Source: Acidimicrobiales bacterium
GTDB taxonomy: Bacteria > Actinomycetota > Acidimicrobiia > Acidimicrobiales > JAKAVM01
NCBI GenBank assembly: GCA_027452005.1
Contig: DAIDHF010000003.1
Span: forward strand, 38,925 to 102,924
DNA: 64,000 nucleotides
Direction: 5' to 3'
Under the pieces are notes generated by a model, which ran no database searches, was not told the origin of the DNA, and saw only the letters and a list, made by a program, of their open reading frames with translations. Positions 8,066 through 16,887 of the stretch are shown here, in pieces. Positions within the stretch are counted from its first letter, which is position 1; each line of letters starts with the position of its first letter. The translations under genes and the position numbers were made by a program.

Positions 8066-10197
8066 AAAAGATCCTTAGAGGAAGATATCTGATCTCGACG
8101 GCCTTATTTAGTGTGATCGCACTAGTTTTTGGAACTTCAATTGCTCCAGTAGGGGCAGCGCAGGACGCTCCTTCTCAAGTTGGATCGACGGCGGTTCCAC
8201 ATCAGGCTGGGACTACGGGAGGTTCTCAGTCCAGTAACTGGGTTGTGGCTTCCGACGGGGGAGTCTTCGCCTATGGAAACGCCGGGTTTTTTGGGTCGGC
8301 CGGGTCCATTCACCTCAATAAGCCTGTTGTGGGTATTGCGGCCACCCCCGACAGCAGCGGTTACTGGTTAGTGGCTTCCGACGGGGGAGTCTTCGCCTAT
8401 GGAAACGCCGGGTTTTTTGGGTCGGCCGGTGATATACAACTAGTCTCTTCAGTCGTCGGAATGGCGTCAACGTTTGACGGAGCCGGCTACTGGTTAGTTG
8501 CCGCCGATGGTGGAGTATTCTCCTTTGGTAACGCCAAATTCTACGGCTCTCTTGGAGGGACCAATCTTCAAGCTCCTATCGTAGCTATGGCAGCGACCCC
8601 CGATGGCGCCGGATATTGGCTGTTAGGTTCCGATGGCGGAGTTTTCGCTTACGGGGACGCGAGTTTTTACGGTTCTCCTTCGACTGGCCACCTATCAAAT
8701 CCGGTCGTCTCGATGGCGTCTAGTCCCGACGGGGCGGGTTATTGGGTCGTAACCTCGACCGGGGAGGTTTTCGGTTTCGGAAGTGTGACTAATTTCGGGT
8801 CATATCAGGGAACCACGTCGGGTATCTCAATTATTTCCATCACCTCGACTGTCGATGGAGCCGGCTACTGGTTGACCGCCTCTAACGGCGACATATTCAA
8901 CTTTGGGGACGCCGGTGCCATTACTACGTCATCGACAGCGCAGCACTTGAACGCTCCGGTAGTTGGCATGGCAACCGAGGGGATTCTTATTCCATCTACG
9001 ACCACAAAAGTCAATTCAGCCAACGTGGTGTCTTTGAGCGGAACTCCGGGCTCAACCCAGACCCTTATCTTGAACCAAGGGACCATCCCTCCTCCGGTTG
9101 GCCAGGTGCTCGAAGTGGGAGTGACACCCGCGACGCCTTCGGGATTTCTTGGAACGGTAACATCGACGACTACCAATCCCGACGGGACGGTTTCGGTCTC
9201 AACTCAACCGGCCAGCCTAGATGACGTATTTACCGCCGGGACGTTTTCACTTTCAGGGACTTTAGATGCAACTGACCTTGCCCCAAATATCGCAGGCGGA
9301 GTTCCCCGGGTACTCACCCCTCATGACCTTTCTCCTCACCGCTCCCTTCATCCGATCGTGATCACAATGCCCCACACGGAAGACGGATTCGAGTGCTCGG
9401 GCGGAGCGACGTTTACGGCCGGAGGTAGCCTTTCTATCCTTCCCTCGTTCAACTTTACCGACTCACATGATTTTCTTAGCCTTCACCCATATTTACAGGT
9501 GTCGACGAGTATTTCGACCACTGAGTCCGCAGAGGTAGATGCAACGGTGGCGGCTCATGCTGATTGCACCTACACCAAGACTCTTGCCGAATATAAGTTC
9601 CAGGAGATCGAGATTGAGGGAATCATTATCCAGCCGGTGCTCTCGCTAGAGCTTTCGGGGACCGTTGGAGTTGAAGCAAGCGTTTCTGCTCAGATTGTTC
9701 AGACTGCCACTGCCACGATTGGACTGAGTGCACATGCCAGCTGTAATCCTTCCATAAATTTTACAACCTTTAGCGTTTCGGCAAACTGTTCGGCGGGAGC
9801 TTCCCCAATTGACAGCGCCTCAAATGACATTACTCCTACGGTGTCCGCTGACGGTACCGTTGATACGTCGGTTGAACTTATGGGAAAGTTAGCTCTCGAG
9901 ATCGAGGATGGACTTGTAAGCCCCTATATCGAAGCCGGTCCAAAGCTGGAAGCGAAAGCCACCGCCGGGGCTTCTAATGTAGACGGCCCTTCGGCGTCTT
10001 GGAGCATGGAGGCCTGTCTTGAAGCTAACGCCGGAGTTGAGGTCAAAGTTGGGTTTGACTACGAAATCGGCTTGCACTCTATAAAACTCAATCTGATAGA
10101 TGAGAATTACGCGATACCGATCGTCAGTCTCTGCAAGGAGTTCGGCGGCGAGGGTGACGGAACCGGCGAACGGCCAGTACCCCCATCTTCGGCTTAG
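8062..10197 (+). CDS. Secreted repeat protein: signal peptide, six 42-aa GYW..(A/S)DGGVF.(F/Y)G.A.F.GS repeats, unassigned beta-rich C-terminal half
   Basis: The ATG overlaps the stop of the giant gene (ATGA at 8062-8065). The N-terminus MKKILRGRYLISTALFSVIALVFGTSIAPVGAAQ looks like a signal peptide. The repeats are read directly from the translation. Confidence 0.85.
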   Translation: MKKILRGRYLISTALFSVIALVFGTSIAPVGAAQDAPSQVGSTAVPHQAGTTGGSQSSNWVVASDGGVFAYGNAGFFGSAGSIHLNKPVVGIAATPDSSGYWLVASDGGVFAYGNAGFFGSAGDIQLVSSVVGMASTFDGAGYWLVAADGGVFSFGNAKFYGSLGGTNLQAPIVAMAATPDGAGYWLLGSDGGVFAYGDASFYGSPSTGHLSNPVVSMASSPDGAGYWVVTSTGEVFGFGSVTNFGSYQGTTSGISIISITSTVDGAGYWLTASNGDIFNFGDAGAITTSSTAQHLNAPVVGMATEGILIPSTTTKVNSANVVSLSGTPGSTQTLILNQGTIPPPVGQVLEVGVTPATPSGFLGTVTSTTTNPDGTVSVSTQPASLDDVFTAGTFSLSGTLDATDLAPNIAGGVPRVLTPHDLSPHRSLHPIVITMPHTEDGFECSGGATFTAGGSLSILPSFNFTDSHDFLSLHPYLQVSTSISTTESAEVDATVAAHADCTYTKTLAEYKFQEIEIEGIIIQPVLSLELSGTVGVEASVSAQIVQTATATIGLSAHASCNPSINFTTFSVSANCSAGASPIDSASNDITPTVSADGTVDTSVELMGKLALEIEDGLVSPYIEAGPKLEAKATAGASNVDGPSASWSMEACLEANAGVEVKVGFDYEIGLHSIKLNLIDENYAIPIVSLCKEFGGEGDGTGERPVPPSSA
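8235..8985 (+). repeat. Six tandem 126-nt (42-aa) coding repeats; copies 1 and 2 share an identical 59-nt stretch
   Basis: 8245-8303 and 8371-8429 are identical (gtggcttccgacgggggagtcttcgcctatggaaacgccgggttttttgggtcggccgg). The period is 126 nt. Confidence 0.9.
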
Positions 10198-10476
10198 CCA
10201 CTGCTTGTTCCAAACACATGTGAGAGATTCGTGAAGGGGTTCCGGGATAATTTGGAAATAACCTGTTTATTTGCTCTGCTGGGCTCTCCAAACTGTTCTT
10301 AATCTGAGTCGATTTCTACAATTTACTGGTCCGGGATCTTTAGCGTATGACTCGCACTCTCTAATTGACCCGTGGACCAAATAGATATTGGATCACTTTT
10401 GTCATGTCTCTACCTTGAGTTTGATCTCAAGCTCGGTGATGAGCCGGTTATTTGGTCTGAGACTTGGTAAGAAGAA

Positions 10477-11388
10477 CTAAACATTAGTCAACATAAGTCC
10501 AATAAGAAATCTAGTATGTTCAGTCATGGTCGCCTTATTCCAGATCACCCTAAGCGGCCGGATAAACTCAATCCCGTCCAGGGGAACTCTAACTAGCCTC
10601 CCGTGCGAGGTCGAGTCGGCAACGACCATTTCACTAAGGACTGCAGGGGCAAGCCCGGCCTCGGCGGCCTGCACGATGGAGGTATTAGAGCCCATCTCTG
10701 CGGCCACCACAAGGGAGAGACCCTGGGAGGCAAGCGTGCTCTCAAGTACTTCACGGGTTCCCGAGCCGAACTCGCGAACCACCAGAGCCATCGAGGCTAG
10801 CTCGTTTGGGACAACAGGCCGCTTTCGTCGCGCGAGAGGACTAGAGGGGGCCACGACCAATTCGAGCTTGTCACGCGAGAAGGTCTTACATCCAGTGGCC
10901 TTGCCCAGTGAAGGGGCCTTCGATGTCTCAATGAAACCGACGTCAACGGCCCGACTGGAAATTAGCTCAACAACGTTCTCTGAGTTAACTACTTTCAAGG
11001 AGACTGAAAGTTTATCAAAGCGGGCTTTTAGCGAGGCGATCCAGCCCGGCACGTAATGTTCGGCAATAGTCAGGCTTGACGCTATCTTGATCTCTGATTT
11101 TTGAGACCCTGCCAGGGTCTTGCAACCAATCATCAGGTCGTCGACCTCAAATAAGATCCGGTCACACCACCTTGCCACGACCGACCCGGTTTGAGTAAGG
11201 GTGGAACCCCGGCTAGAGCGATCTAAGAGCTTGACGCCTAACACAGATTCCAAAGAAGAGATTCGCATACTCACAGCAGGTTGGGTCATCTGATGCAACT
11301 TGGCCGCCTTTTGAATCGACCCGAGTTTGGCCACACTAGCAAAGAGATCTATTGAACGAAGGTCTACTATAGGTTCGGCAAGAGGCAT
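10477..11388 (-). CDS. LysR-family transcriptional regulator
   Basis: The N-terminal HTH reads FASVAKLGSIQKAAKLHQMTQPAVSMRISSLE, followed by a typical LysR substrate-binding region. It is divergent from a YeiH-family transporter gene, as in the E. coli yeiE/yeiH pair. Confidence 0.85.
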   Translation of the reverse strand: MPLAEPIVDLRSIDLFASVAKLGSIQKAAKLHQMTQPAVSMRISSLESVLGVKLLDRSSRGSTLTQTGSVVARWCDRILFEVDDLMIGCKTLAGSQKSEIKIASSLTIAEHYVPGWIASLKARFDKLSVSLKVVNSENVVELISSRAVDVGFIETSKAPSLGKATGCKTFSRDKLELVVAPSSPLARRKRPVVPNELASMALVVREFGSGTREVLESTLASQGLSLVVAAEMGSNTSIVQAAEAGLAPAVLSEMVVADSTSHGRLVRVPLDGIEFIRPLRVIWNKATMTEHTRFLIGLMLTNV

Positions 11389-11395
11389 AAGGAAA

Positions 11396-11411
11396 GCTTA
11401 TACCTAGATAA
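11396..11411. promoter_or_regulatory. Candidate LysR-type binding site (CTTAT-N6-ATAAG dyad) in the divergent intergenic region
   Basis: The sequence cttatacctagataag has perfect 5-bp inverted arms and fits the generic T-N11-A LysR box. It lies between the divergent starts at 11388 and 11462. Confidence 0.35.
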
Positions 11412-11461
11412 GCCAAGAGGGGGTTCTTTGGGTCACCAAATTATGAGACTCTCACAGTAAT

Positions 11462-12466
11462 ATGAAATTTGCCAGACCGATCTCAATTTTAGGTTTGGTA
11501 ATAGGGGTTTCTATAGCCCTCGGAACCCAGATTCACGTTCTAGGTTCGGCCACCCTGGCCATTGTGATCGGGACCTTGCTCTCAACCCGGCTCGTATTTT
11601 CGGTTGGCGAGAGGCAATTTCTGCGCGTGATTGCCAAGGTGAGCCTGCAGGTCTCAATAGTGGTCTTAGGACTTGACCTGTCTCTATCCGAGGTGGCCTC
11701 GGTCGGGTTGAGGTCGGTCCCGGTACTGGCCGGGACGATCTTCGTGGCCTTAGTTGGCCAGTACTTTATAGGGCGCAAGTTAGCCATTGCTCCTAAACTA
11801 AGAAACCTCATCGGGGTAGGTACGGCAATTTGTGGGGCCTCAGCCATAGCCGCCACGGACTCGGTAATAAGGGCCGACGACGACCAGGTCTCCTACGCCA
11901 TGACCACGATATTCACATTCAACGTTATCGCGGCCGTGTTTTTCCCGATCGTAGGGCACATCTTTCACATGAACTCCCAGTTTTTCTCCACCTGGGCTGG
12001 TAGCGCAATAAACGACCTCTCATCGGTCGTGGCGGCAGCGTCGTCTTTTGGGCACCAGTCGGCCTCATTGGCGGTTATTGTCAAGCTAACCCGGACCTTG
12101 GCGATTATTCCTATCACCTTCGTTCTGGCCCGCCAGACGAGTGGTCGCAGCCAACGGGTGGGAACTCGCGAGATCGACCCCCCAAAGTTCTGGAGTAGCT
12201 TACGCTCAATCCTTCCCGTGTTCGTACTCTGGTTTATTGGAGCCGTGGCTTTGAACTCACTTGGACTGGTTCCTCACCAGGTATCGTCAACCGCTAGTGA
12301 CTTGGGGATCTACGTGATTACAGTCGCCCTGGGCGCTATTGGGCTCTCTTCGAGTTGGGCCCATATGAAACGAGAAGGGTACGCCCCTCTTGCCTTGGGT
12401 GCAATACTGTGGGTCTTGGTTTCTTCAACCAGTCTCATTATCCAAGGTTTAGTTGGCTCTGGCTAG
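11462..12466 (+). CDS. YeiH/UPF0324-family integral membrane protein (putative sulfate-exporter-family transporter)
   Basis: The protein is polytopic and hydrophobic. The [18 protein letters not shown] motif is typical of the family. It is paired with a divergent LysR regulator. Confidence 0.7.
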   Translation: MKFARPISILGLVIGVSIALGTQIHVLGSATLAIVIGTLLSTRLVFSVGERQFLRVIAKVSLQVSIVVLGLDLSLSEVASVGLRSVPVLAGTIFVALVGQYFIGRKLAIAPKLRNLIGVGTAICGASAIAATDSVIRADDDQVSYAMTTIFTFNVIAAVFFPIVGHIFHMNSQFFSTWAGSAINDLSSVVAAASSFGHQSASLAVIVKLTRTLAIIPITFVLARQTSGRSQRVGTREIDPPKFWSSLRSILPVFVLWFIGAVALNSLGLVPHQVSSTASDLGIYVITVALGAIGLSSSWAHMKREGYAPLALGAILWVLVSSTSLIIQGLVGSG

Positions 12467-13045
12467 ACCGATCGGGCATGACACCCCGGTGCCGCCCAGA
12501 CCACAGTATCCAGACGGGTTCTTGGCAAGATACTGTTGGTGGTAGTCCTCGGCATAATAAAACCGTGGGGCAGGAAAGAGAATCTCGGTAGTGATCTTTG
12601 CGTACCCATTCCTAGACAACTCGACCTGGAACAGGTCTCGGGTTTGATTGGCCTGATCTAGCTGGGTGGGTGTGGTGCAGCCAATCATGGACCGGTACTG
12701 GGTCCCGATGTCGTTTCCCTGGCGCATCCCCTGGGTTGGATCGTGGCTCTCCCAGAACACCTTCAAGAGGTCACGGTATGTTACCTGGTCCTCGTTGAAG
12801 ACCACCAAGACGACCTCGCCATGACCGGTCTTACCGGAACAGACCTGGCTGTAGGTCGGGTCAGGGCTTGACCCACCCGCGTATCCAACGGCCGTGACCC
12901 ACACCCCGGGTTGGTCCCAGAACTTCTTTTCAGCCCCCCAAAAACATCCCATTCCAAACAGGGCGACCTGAGATCCCGCCGGGAACGGTCCCCCGAGCGA
13001 TCTCTCGTTAACGGCGTGTGAGAGATGAGAAGAGAGTTCCACCAT
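12449..13045 (-). CDS. msrA: Peptide-methionine (S)-S-oxide reductase
   Basis: The catalytic motif [14 protein letters not shown] is present, plus conserved GYAGG and HDPT blocks. Confidence 0.9.
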   Translation of the reverse strand: MVELSSHLSHAVNERSLGGPFPAGSQVALFGMGCFWGAEKKFWDQPGVWVTAVGYAGGSSPDPTYSQVCSGKTGHGEVVLVVFNEDQVTYRDLLKVFWESHDPTQGMRQGNDIGTQYRSMIGCTTPTQLDQANQTRDLFQVELSRNGYAKITTEILFPAPRFYYAEDYHQQYLAKNPSGYCGLGGTGVSCPIGLARAN

Positions 13046-13149
13046 CCAAGTTCTCCATTCGTGAGTTCATAACCCTAAGGCAATACCTGCTCAGCCGAGC
13101 ACGCGATATTACCAGATACTATCATCTTTACCATGAAGGCCCTTTCAAG

Positions 13150-15723
13150 ATGACCCCGGATGCTCCGGTCTCTTTACTCGCCAAAGCATCGTCACGTAGC
13201 CCAGAAATAGACGACCGGGTTGTCGAGAAAAAGATCCGAGAGTCCCTGGGAATTCCCAGCGATGCCAACCAGGTCCTCGTCTTCACCGAGTCCAGCCACT
13301 GGGACCCCAACTGGATGTTGACCTCTGAGGGATACTACAGACTACGGGTCAAGCGAAACCTGGACCAGGTCATTGGTGAACTCCTAGCCCAGCCACGCCG
13401 GGTCTACTCGGTGGAGTGCGCCTTTTTTATCCGGATGTACTTCGAGAGAAACCCCGACAAACAAGATACCGTGCGTGAGCTGATCAACTCAGGCCGGCTC
13501 CGATTGATGGGGTGCGGGGTAACTACCCCAGATACCCTGATCCCAACCGAGGAGTCTCTAATAAGAGACTACCTGGAGGGCCAACAGTGGCTCTTGGACA
13601 ACGGAATCTTAGTCGAGCCAGATCTGGCTTACTTTCCAGACTCCTTTGGCCATACCCCGGGCATGGCGTCCCTGATGACCGCGATCGGGGTGGCCAATGT
13701 GGCCATCTGCCGGATTGACGGCCAGTTCTTTTTAGGCTGTGAGACCGAGTCGCCACGCAAGTATCCCCGCCCGGGGACCTCGGCACATCTCTTGTCAAAG
13801 ATTGAAAAGTCTCAGGACTTTATCTGGACCTCCTCTGACGGGAGCAAGGTACTTGCCCACTGGGTAGCCTTCGGGTATGGCCAGGGTGAACTCCTAGCCC
13901 ACAGTGGACTCACCCGGGTAGCCGGGGCACCTCTAGCAGTCCCAAACCGAGCCCCGGCCCATGTGGCCGGACGCATTGCCCGATATACCAGACAACTAAC
14001 CCGCCACGCTCGGACCCCTTATCTCTTGTGTCCCATCGGCTTTGACTTTTCAGCGCCCATTCCGAGACTCGTGGACCTGTTGGACCGTTACAACAAGACC
14101 TACTATCCAGACACCGGAGTGTGGGTTATAAATGCCGGGCTAGACGACTATTTTGCCCTGGTAGGCACGCACCGAGACAAGCTTCCTGAGATTCCCTTAG
14201 ACCCCAACCCGTACTTCAGTGGTTTCCTGGCTTCAAGGCCCACCTTGAAACAGAACGCCCGCCTTTTGACAGACCAACTTATAGATCACGATGCCCGAGC
14301 CGTGATGGACAGCCTTGAACCGGACAACCAGCCTGGTGAAACTGGCCAACACGTTGACCTACCCGCCAATTCCTACGACCCTCGCTGGATTTTGGCCACC
14401 TCCAACCATCACGACTTTATTACCGGGACCTCCCCGCATCGGGTCTATCGCAAGGAACAGGCACCCTGGCTTGCTCGGGCCATCGACCAGCTGGCTACCT
14501 CGGGAACTGAGGTCTCCCCGAATCACGGACAAAACCCCAAGGGCAACTCCAAGAAGACCTCCTCTAAGGCGGGATCGGATGCAAGGGTTGACCGGGCCGG
14601 GACCCTGGTGACCGTTGAGATCCCCAACTGGGGAGAGGCCATCTTTGATGAAAAGCGCGGTGGGTGTCTGGTTTCACTCAAGTCGGCCTCGGCTAAAGAG
14701 CTACTCGGGGACTTCGAAAACTTTGACGTTATCTCCTATGACGACCACGGGGGTCTCTGGCGAATGGGTATGGAGTTCCGGGGGGGTAAGTTTGCTCAAG
14801 TGGCCAGATCGTCAAAGGGGAAGGCCACGGTTGAAGTAGACCAAGACGAGCTACGACCTGGACAGTTACGGGTGACCTCGACATCTACACTTGCCGGGCA
14901 CAGGCTTGTCACCATCTACCACCTTGGACTTAGAACGCCAGGCACCAATCTCATGGTTCTGGGATTTTCTTGCACTAGCAAAGCTCCGACCGGCAGGACG
15001 ATTACCTGTAGGGTCGGTCTTACCCAAGACCTGTCTTCCTTTACAATGGACTGTCCTGGTGAGGTCGTCGAGCGAGCCAGCAAGAATCACTTTGACCCAA
15101 CCTTTTGGCCGGTCCAGTCATTTGCGGACTTTAGGTCAGGGGCCGGGCCTGGGGTATCGACCATTCTGGGGCGTTCTACGGCGATCTGTCTGCACTCTAA
15201 GGGTTCTGGGTCCAGGTTTGCCAAGCGGCTTTTAGGCGACATCCAAGCCGAGAGCGTCGCAGAGATTGTCATGATGAGAAACGCTCCCAAGGAGCGCTAC
15301 CTTGGGTTTATCCCGATCCCAGGATTTCCAGCTCGGGGTCACGACGGGGGACCTTGTACCTTTGAGATGTCTCTAGTATTTTCCGAGGACGGCACCTGGA
15401 AAGAGAACGGCCTCTTTGGGCTGTCGCACAAACACCTTGCAGGTAGGGGACATGACTCGGTCAGGTCGTACGTAGCAACCTCGCAACCCACTATATTGCC
15501 GATGACCTTGAAGAAGGCGACCCGGGGAGATGGCTATATTATTCGTCTCCGATCTTTTGAATCGGCTCCAAAAAGGGTTACCGTTTCACTAGAGGGTCAC
15601 CCAATAACACAAGCCATCATGTGTGACGCCCGTGAACGAGACCTGGGTCCCGCTCTCGTTCAGGCCGGAGCTGTTGAATTGGAGTGTTCCCAGGCTATAA
15701 CAACTTTGAGGGTATTGTTCTAA
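13150..15723 (+). CDS. Glycoside hydrolase family 38-like protein (alpha-mannosidase family)
   Basis: The GH38 N-terminal signature region ESSHWDPNWM is present, plus FPDSFGHTPGMASLM. The start is placed at ATG 13150 because the 13018 start would overlap msrA. Confidence 0.6.
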   Translation: MTPDAPVSLLAKASSRSPEIDDRVVEKKIRESLGIPSDANQVLVFTESSHWDPNWMLTSEGYYRLRVKRNLDQVIGELLAQPRRVYSVECAFFIRMYFERNPDKQDTVRELINSGRLRLMGCGVTTPDTLIPTEESLIRDYLEGQQWLLDNGILVEPDLAYFPDSFGHTPGMASLMTAIGVANVAICRIDGQFFLGCETESPRKYPRPGTSAHLLSKIEKSQDFIWTSSDGSKVLAHWVAFGYGQGELLAHSGLTRVAGAPLAVPNRAPAHVAGRIARYTRQLTRHARTPYLLCPIGFDFSAPIPRLVDLLDRYNKTYYPDTGVWVINAGLDDYFALVGTHRDKLPEIPLDPNPYFSGFLASRPTLKQNARLLTDQLIDHDARAVMDSLEPDNQPGETGQHVDLPANSYDPRWILATSNHHDFITGTSPHRVYRKEQAPWLARAIDQLATSGTEVSPNHGQNPKGNSKKTSSKAGSDARVDRAGTLVTVEIPNWGEAIFDEKRGGCLVSLKSASAKELLGDFENFDVISYDDHGGLWRMGMEFRGGKFAQVARSSKGKATVEVDQDELRPGQLRVTSTSTLAGHRLVTIYHLGLRTPGTNLMVLGFSCTSKAPTGRTITCRVGLTQDLSSFTMDCPGEVVERASKNHFDPTFWPVQSFADFRSGAGPGVSTILGRSTAICLHSKGSGSRFAKRLLGDIQAESVAEIVMMRNAPKERYLGFIPIPGFPARGHDGGPCTFEMSLVFSEDGTWKENGLFGLSHKHLAGRGHDSVRSYVATSQPTILPMTLKKATRGDGYIIRLRSFESAPKRVTVSLEGHPITQAIMCDARERDLGPALVQAGAVELECSQAITTLRVLF

Positions 15724-15827
15724 TGGCCGGTCAAAAGCTCTCTATATCCCTGGAACCAGACCTTGTCAGCCGGGCCCGGCAAAAGGCCGTGGTAGTCCGA
15801 CAGAGCCACGAGTTATCGTGCACGCGT

Positions 15828-16523
15828 CTATCCGAATAAGGTGTCTTCAATCACCCGACAGTATACGTGATATAGCTGAGAGTGCAGAGACTGGATCTCG
15901 GCGGTCTTGGTGGAGGGTACCCGCAACACGTGATCGGCCAACTCAGACAGAGGGCTCTCGTTCTGTCCGGTGAACAAGATGACCGGCAGCCCGGCAGCCT
16001 GGGCCACGGTCGCACAGTTGAGCACGTTCTTGGCCTTGCCACTAGTTGAAATTCCTAGAAAGACGTCACCAGGTCGAGCCAGGGCGTAAAGCTCCTGGGC
16101 AAACTGCATGAATCTTGCCTCTATGTCGTTATCGACGGCGTAGGCCAAGACCGGGTCACATCCAAGTACTATTGCCCGCAGTCCCGCCTGGAGGTTTACT
16201 GAAATCTCCGGCCCATTAGGGAACTCACGGAGGCGGTCTATCATGGCCCGTGGAAGAGTCCGAGTTCTCTCAAAGCTCTTCTTGAGTTCCCCGGCGATGT
16301 GTAAGCAGTCAGCTAGGCTTCCCCCATTCCCAGCTAGGAACAAGGTACCGTCACCGGCCAGGCTCTCTACTGTCGCCCGACAGGCTTGTCTCAATGAGTC
16401 AGCCGTGCCGGCCAGTTCGGGGAAGCGGTCCACCATGATCTTGATCGATTCGTCCTTTAGACCCCCTTTACCTGCCAGAGTGTGATCCGGGAAAAGTGAA
16501 TTCTCAGTCGGGAGCGAGTTCAT
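15828..16523 (-). CDS. SIS-domain protein (GmhA/DiaA-like phosphoheptose isomerase family)
   Basis: The motifs LFLAGNGGSLADCLHIAGEL and GISTSGKAKNVL are typical of SIS/GmhA proteins. Confidence 0.7.
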   Translation of the reverse strand: MNSLPTENSLFPDHTLAGKGGLKDESIKIMVDRFPELAGTADSLRQACRATVESLAGDGTLFLAGNGGSLADCLHIAGELKKSFERTRTLPRAMIDRLREFPNGPEISVNLQAGLRAIVLGCDPVLAYAVDNDIEARFMQFAQELYALARPGDVFLGISTSGKAKNVLNCATVAQAAGLPVILFTGQNESPLSELADHVLRVPSTKTAEIQSLHSQLYHVYCRVIEDTLFG

Positions 16524-16887
16524 AATAGATACAGCCTACCGGATTTTCTCTTTAGAGTTGACACTTTCTAACAACTGATCACGACTGCTGCGGGGTACCT
16601 CACACGTGATCTTAGATTCCCAACATGATTGGAGTCGACCAACACCCAAGCTCGCACGTTAGAGCGCTCCACCTGAAATCGTAATTCGAGACATAGCAAT
16701 TGTGTGTAACCACCAGACTTTCGGCTAGGTGTGTCACCGATCTTGTGATTGGACACCATCCTGTTCATTTCCTCGTGGACCACTTGGGTGCCGAAAGCGA
16801 GCACAATACCACCTAGGAGAACAGGTTCGGTTTAGCCTTTAGCCTGGCAGTTTTCCGAACTTCAAATTTAGGACTAGGTTGGAGGGT

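Noticed and set aside
13018-13149. Long N-terminal extension of the GH38-like ORF, starting at 13018.
   Set aside because: It overlaps the 5' end of msrA on the opposite strand and its sequence ([17 protein letters not shown]...) is not GH38-like. ATG 13150 is the more plausible start.
15723-15839. A 38-codon ORF (MAGQKLSISLEPDLVSRARQKA...) whose first half resembles the strand-helix start of ribbon-helix-helix (CopG/antitoxin) proteins. Its ATG overlaps the GH38 stop (TAATG).
   Set aside because: It is too short for a complete RHH fold and its second half is not helix-2-like. There is no partner toxin gene, and it overlaps the 3' end of the convergent SIS gene. It was kept only as a note.
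16568-16804. A 78-aa minus-strand ORF in the 355-bp region upstream of acnA, together with a tandem heptamer TTAGCCT-TTAGCCT at about 16838-16852.
   Set aside because: The ORF has no RBS or motif support and lies in a probable acnA leader/promoter region. The heptamer pair does not match the IdeR or AcnR-type palindromes I know, so no regulatory call was made.
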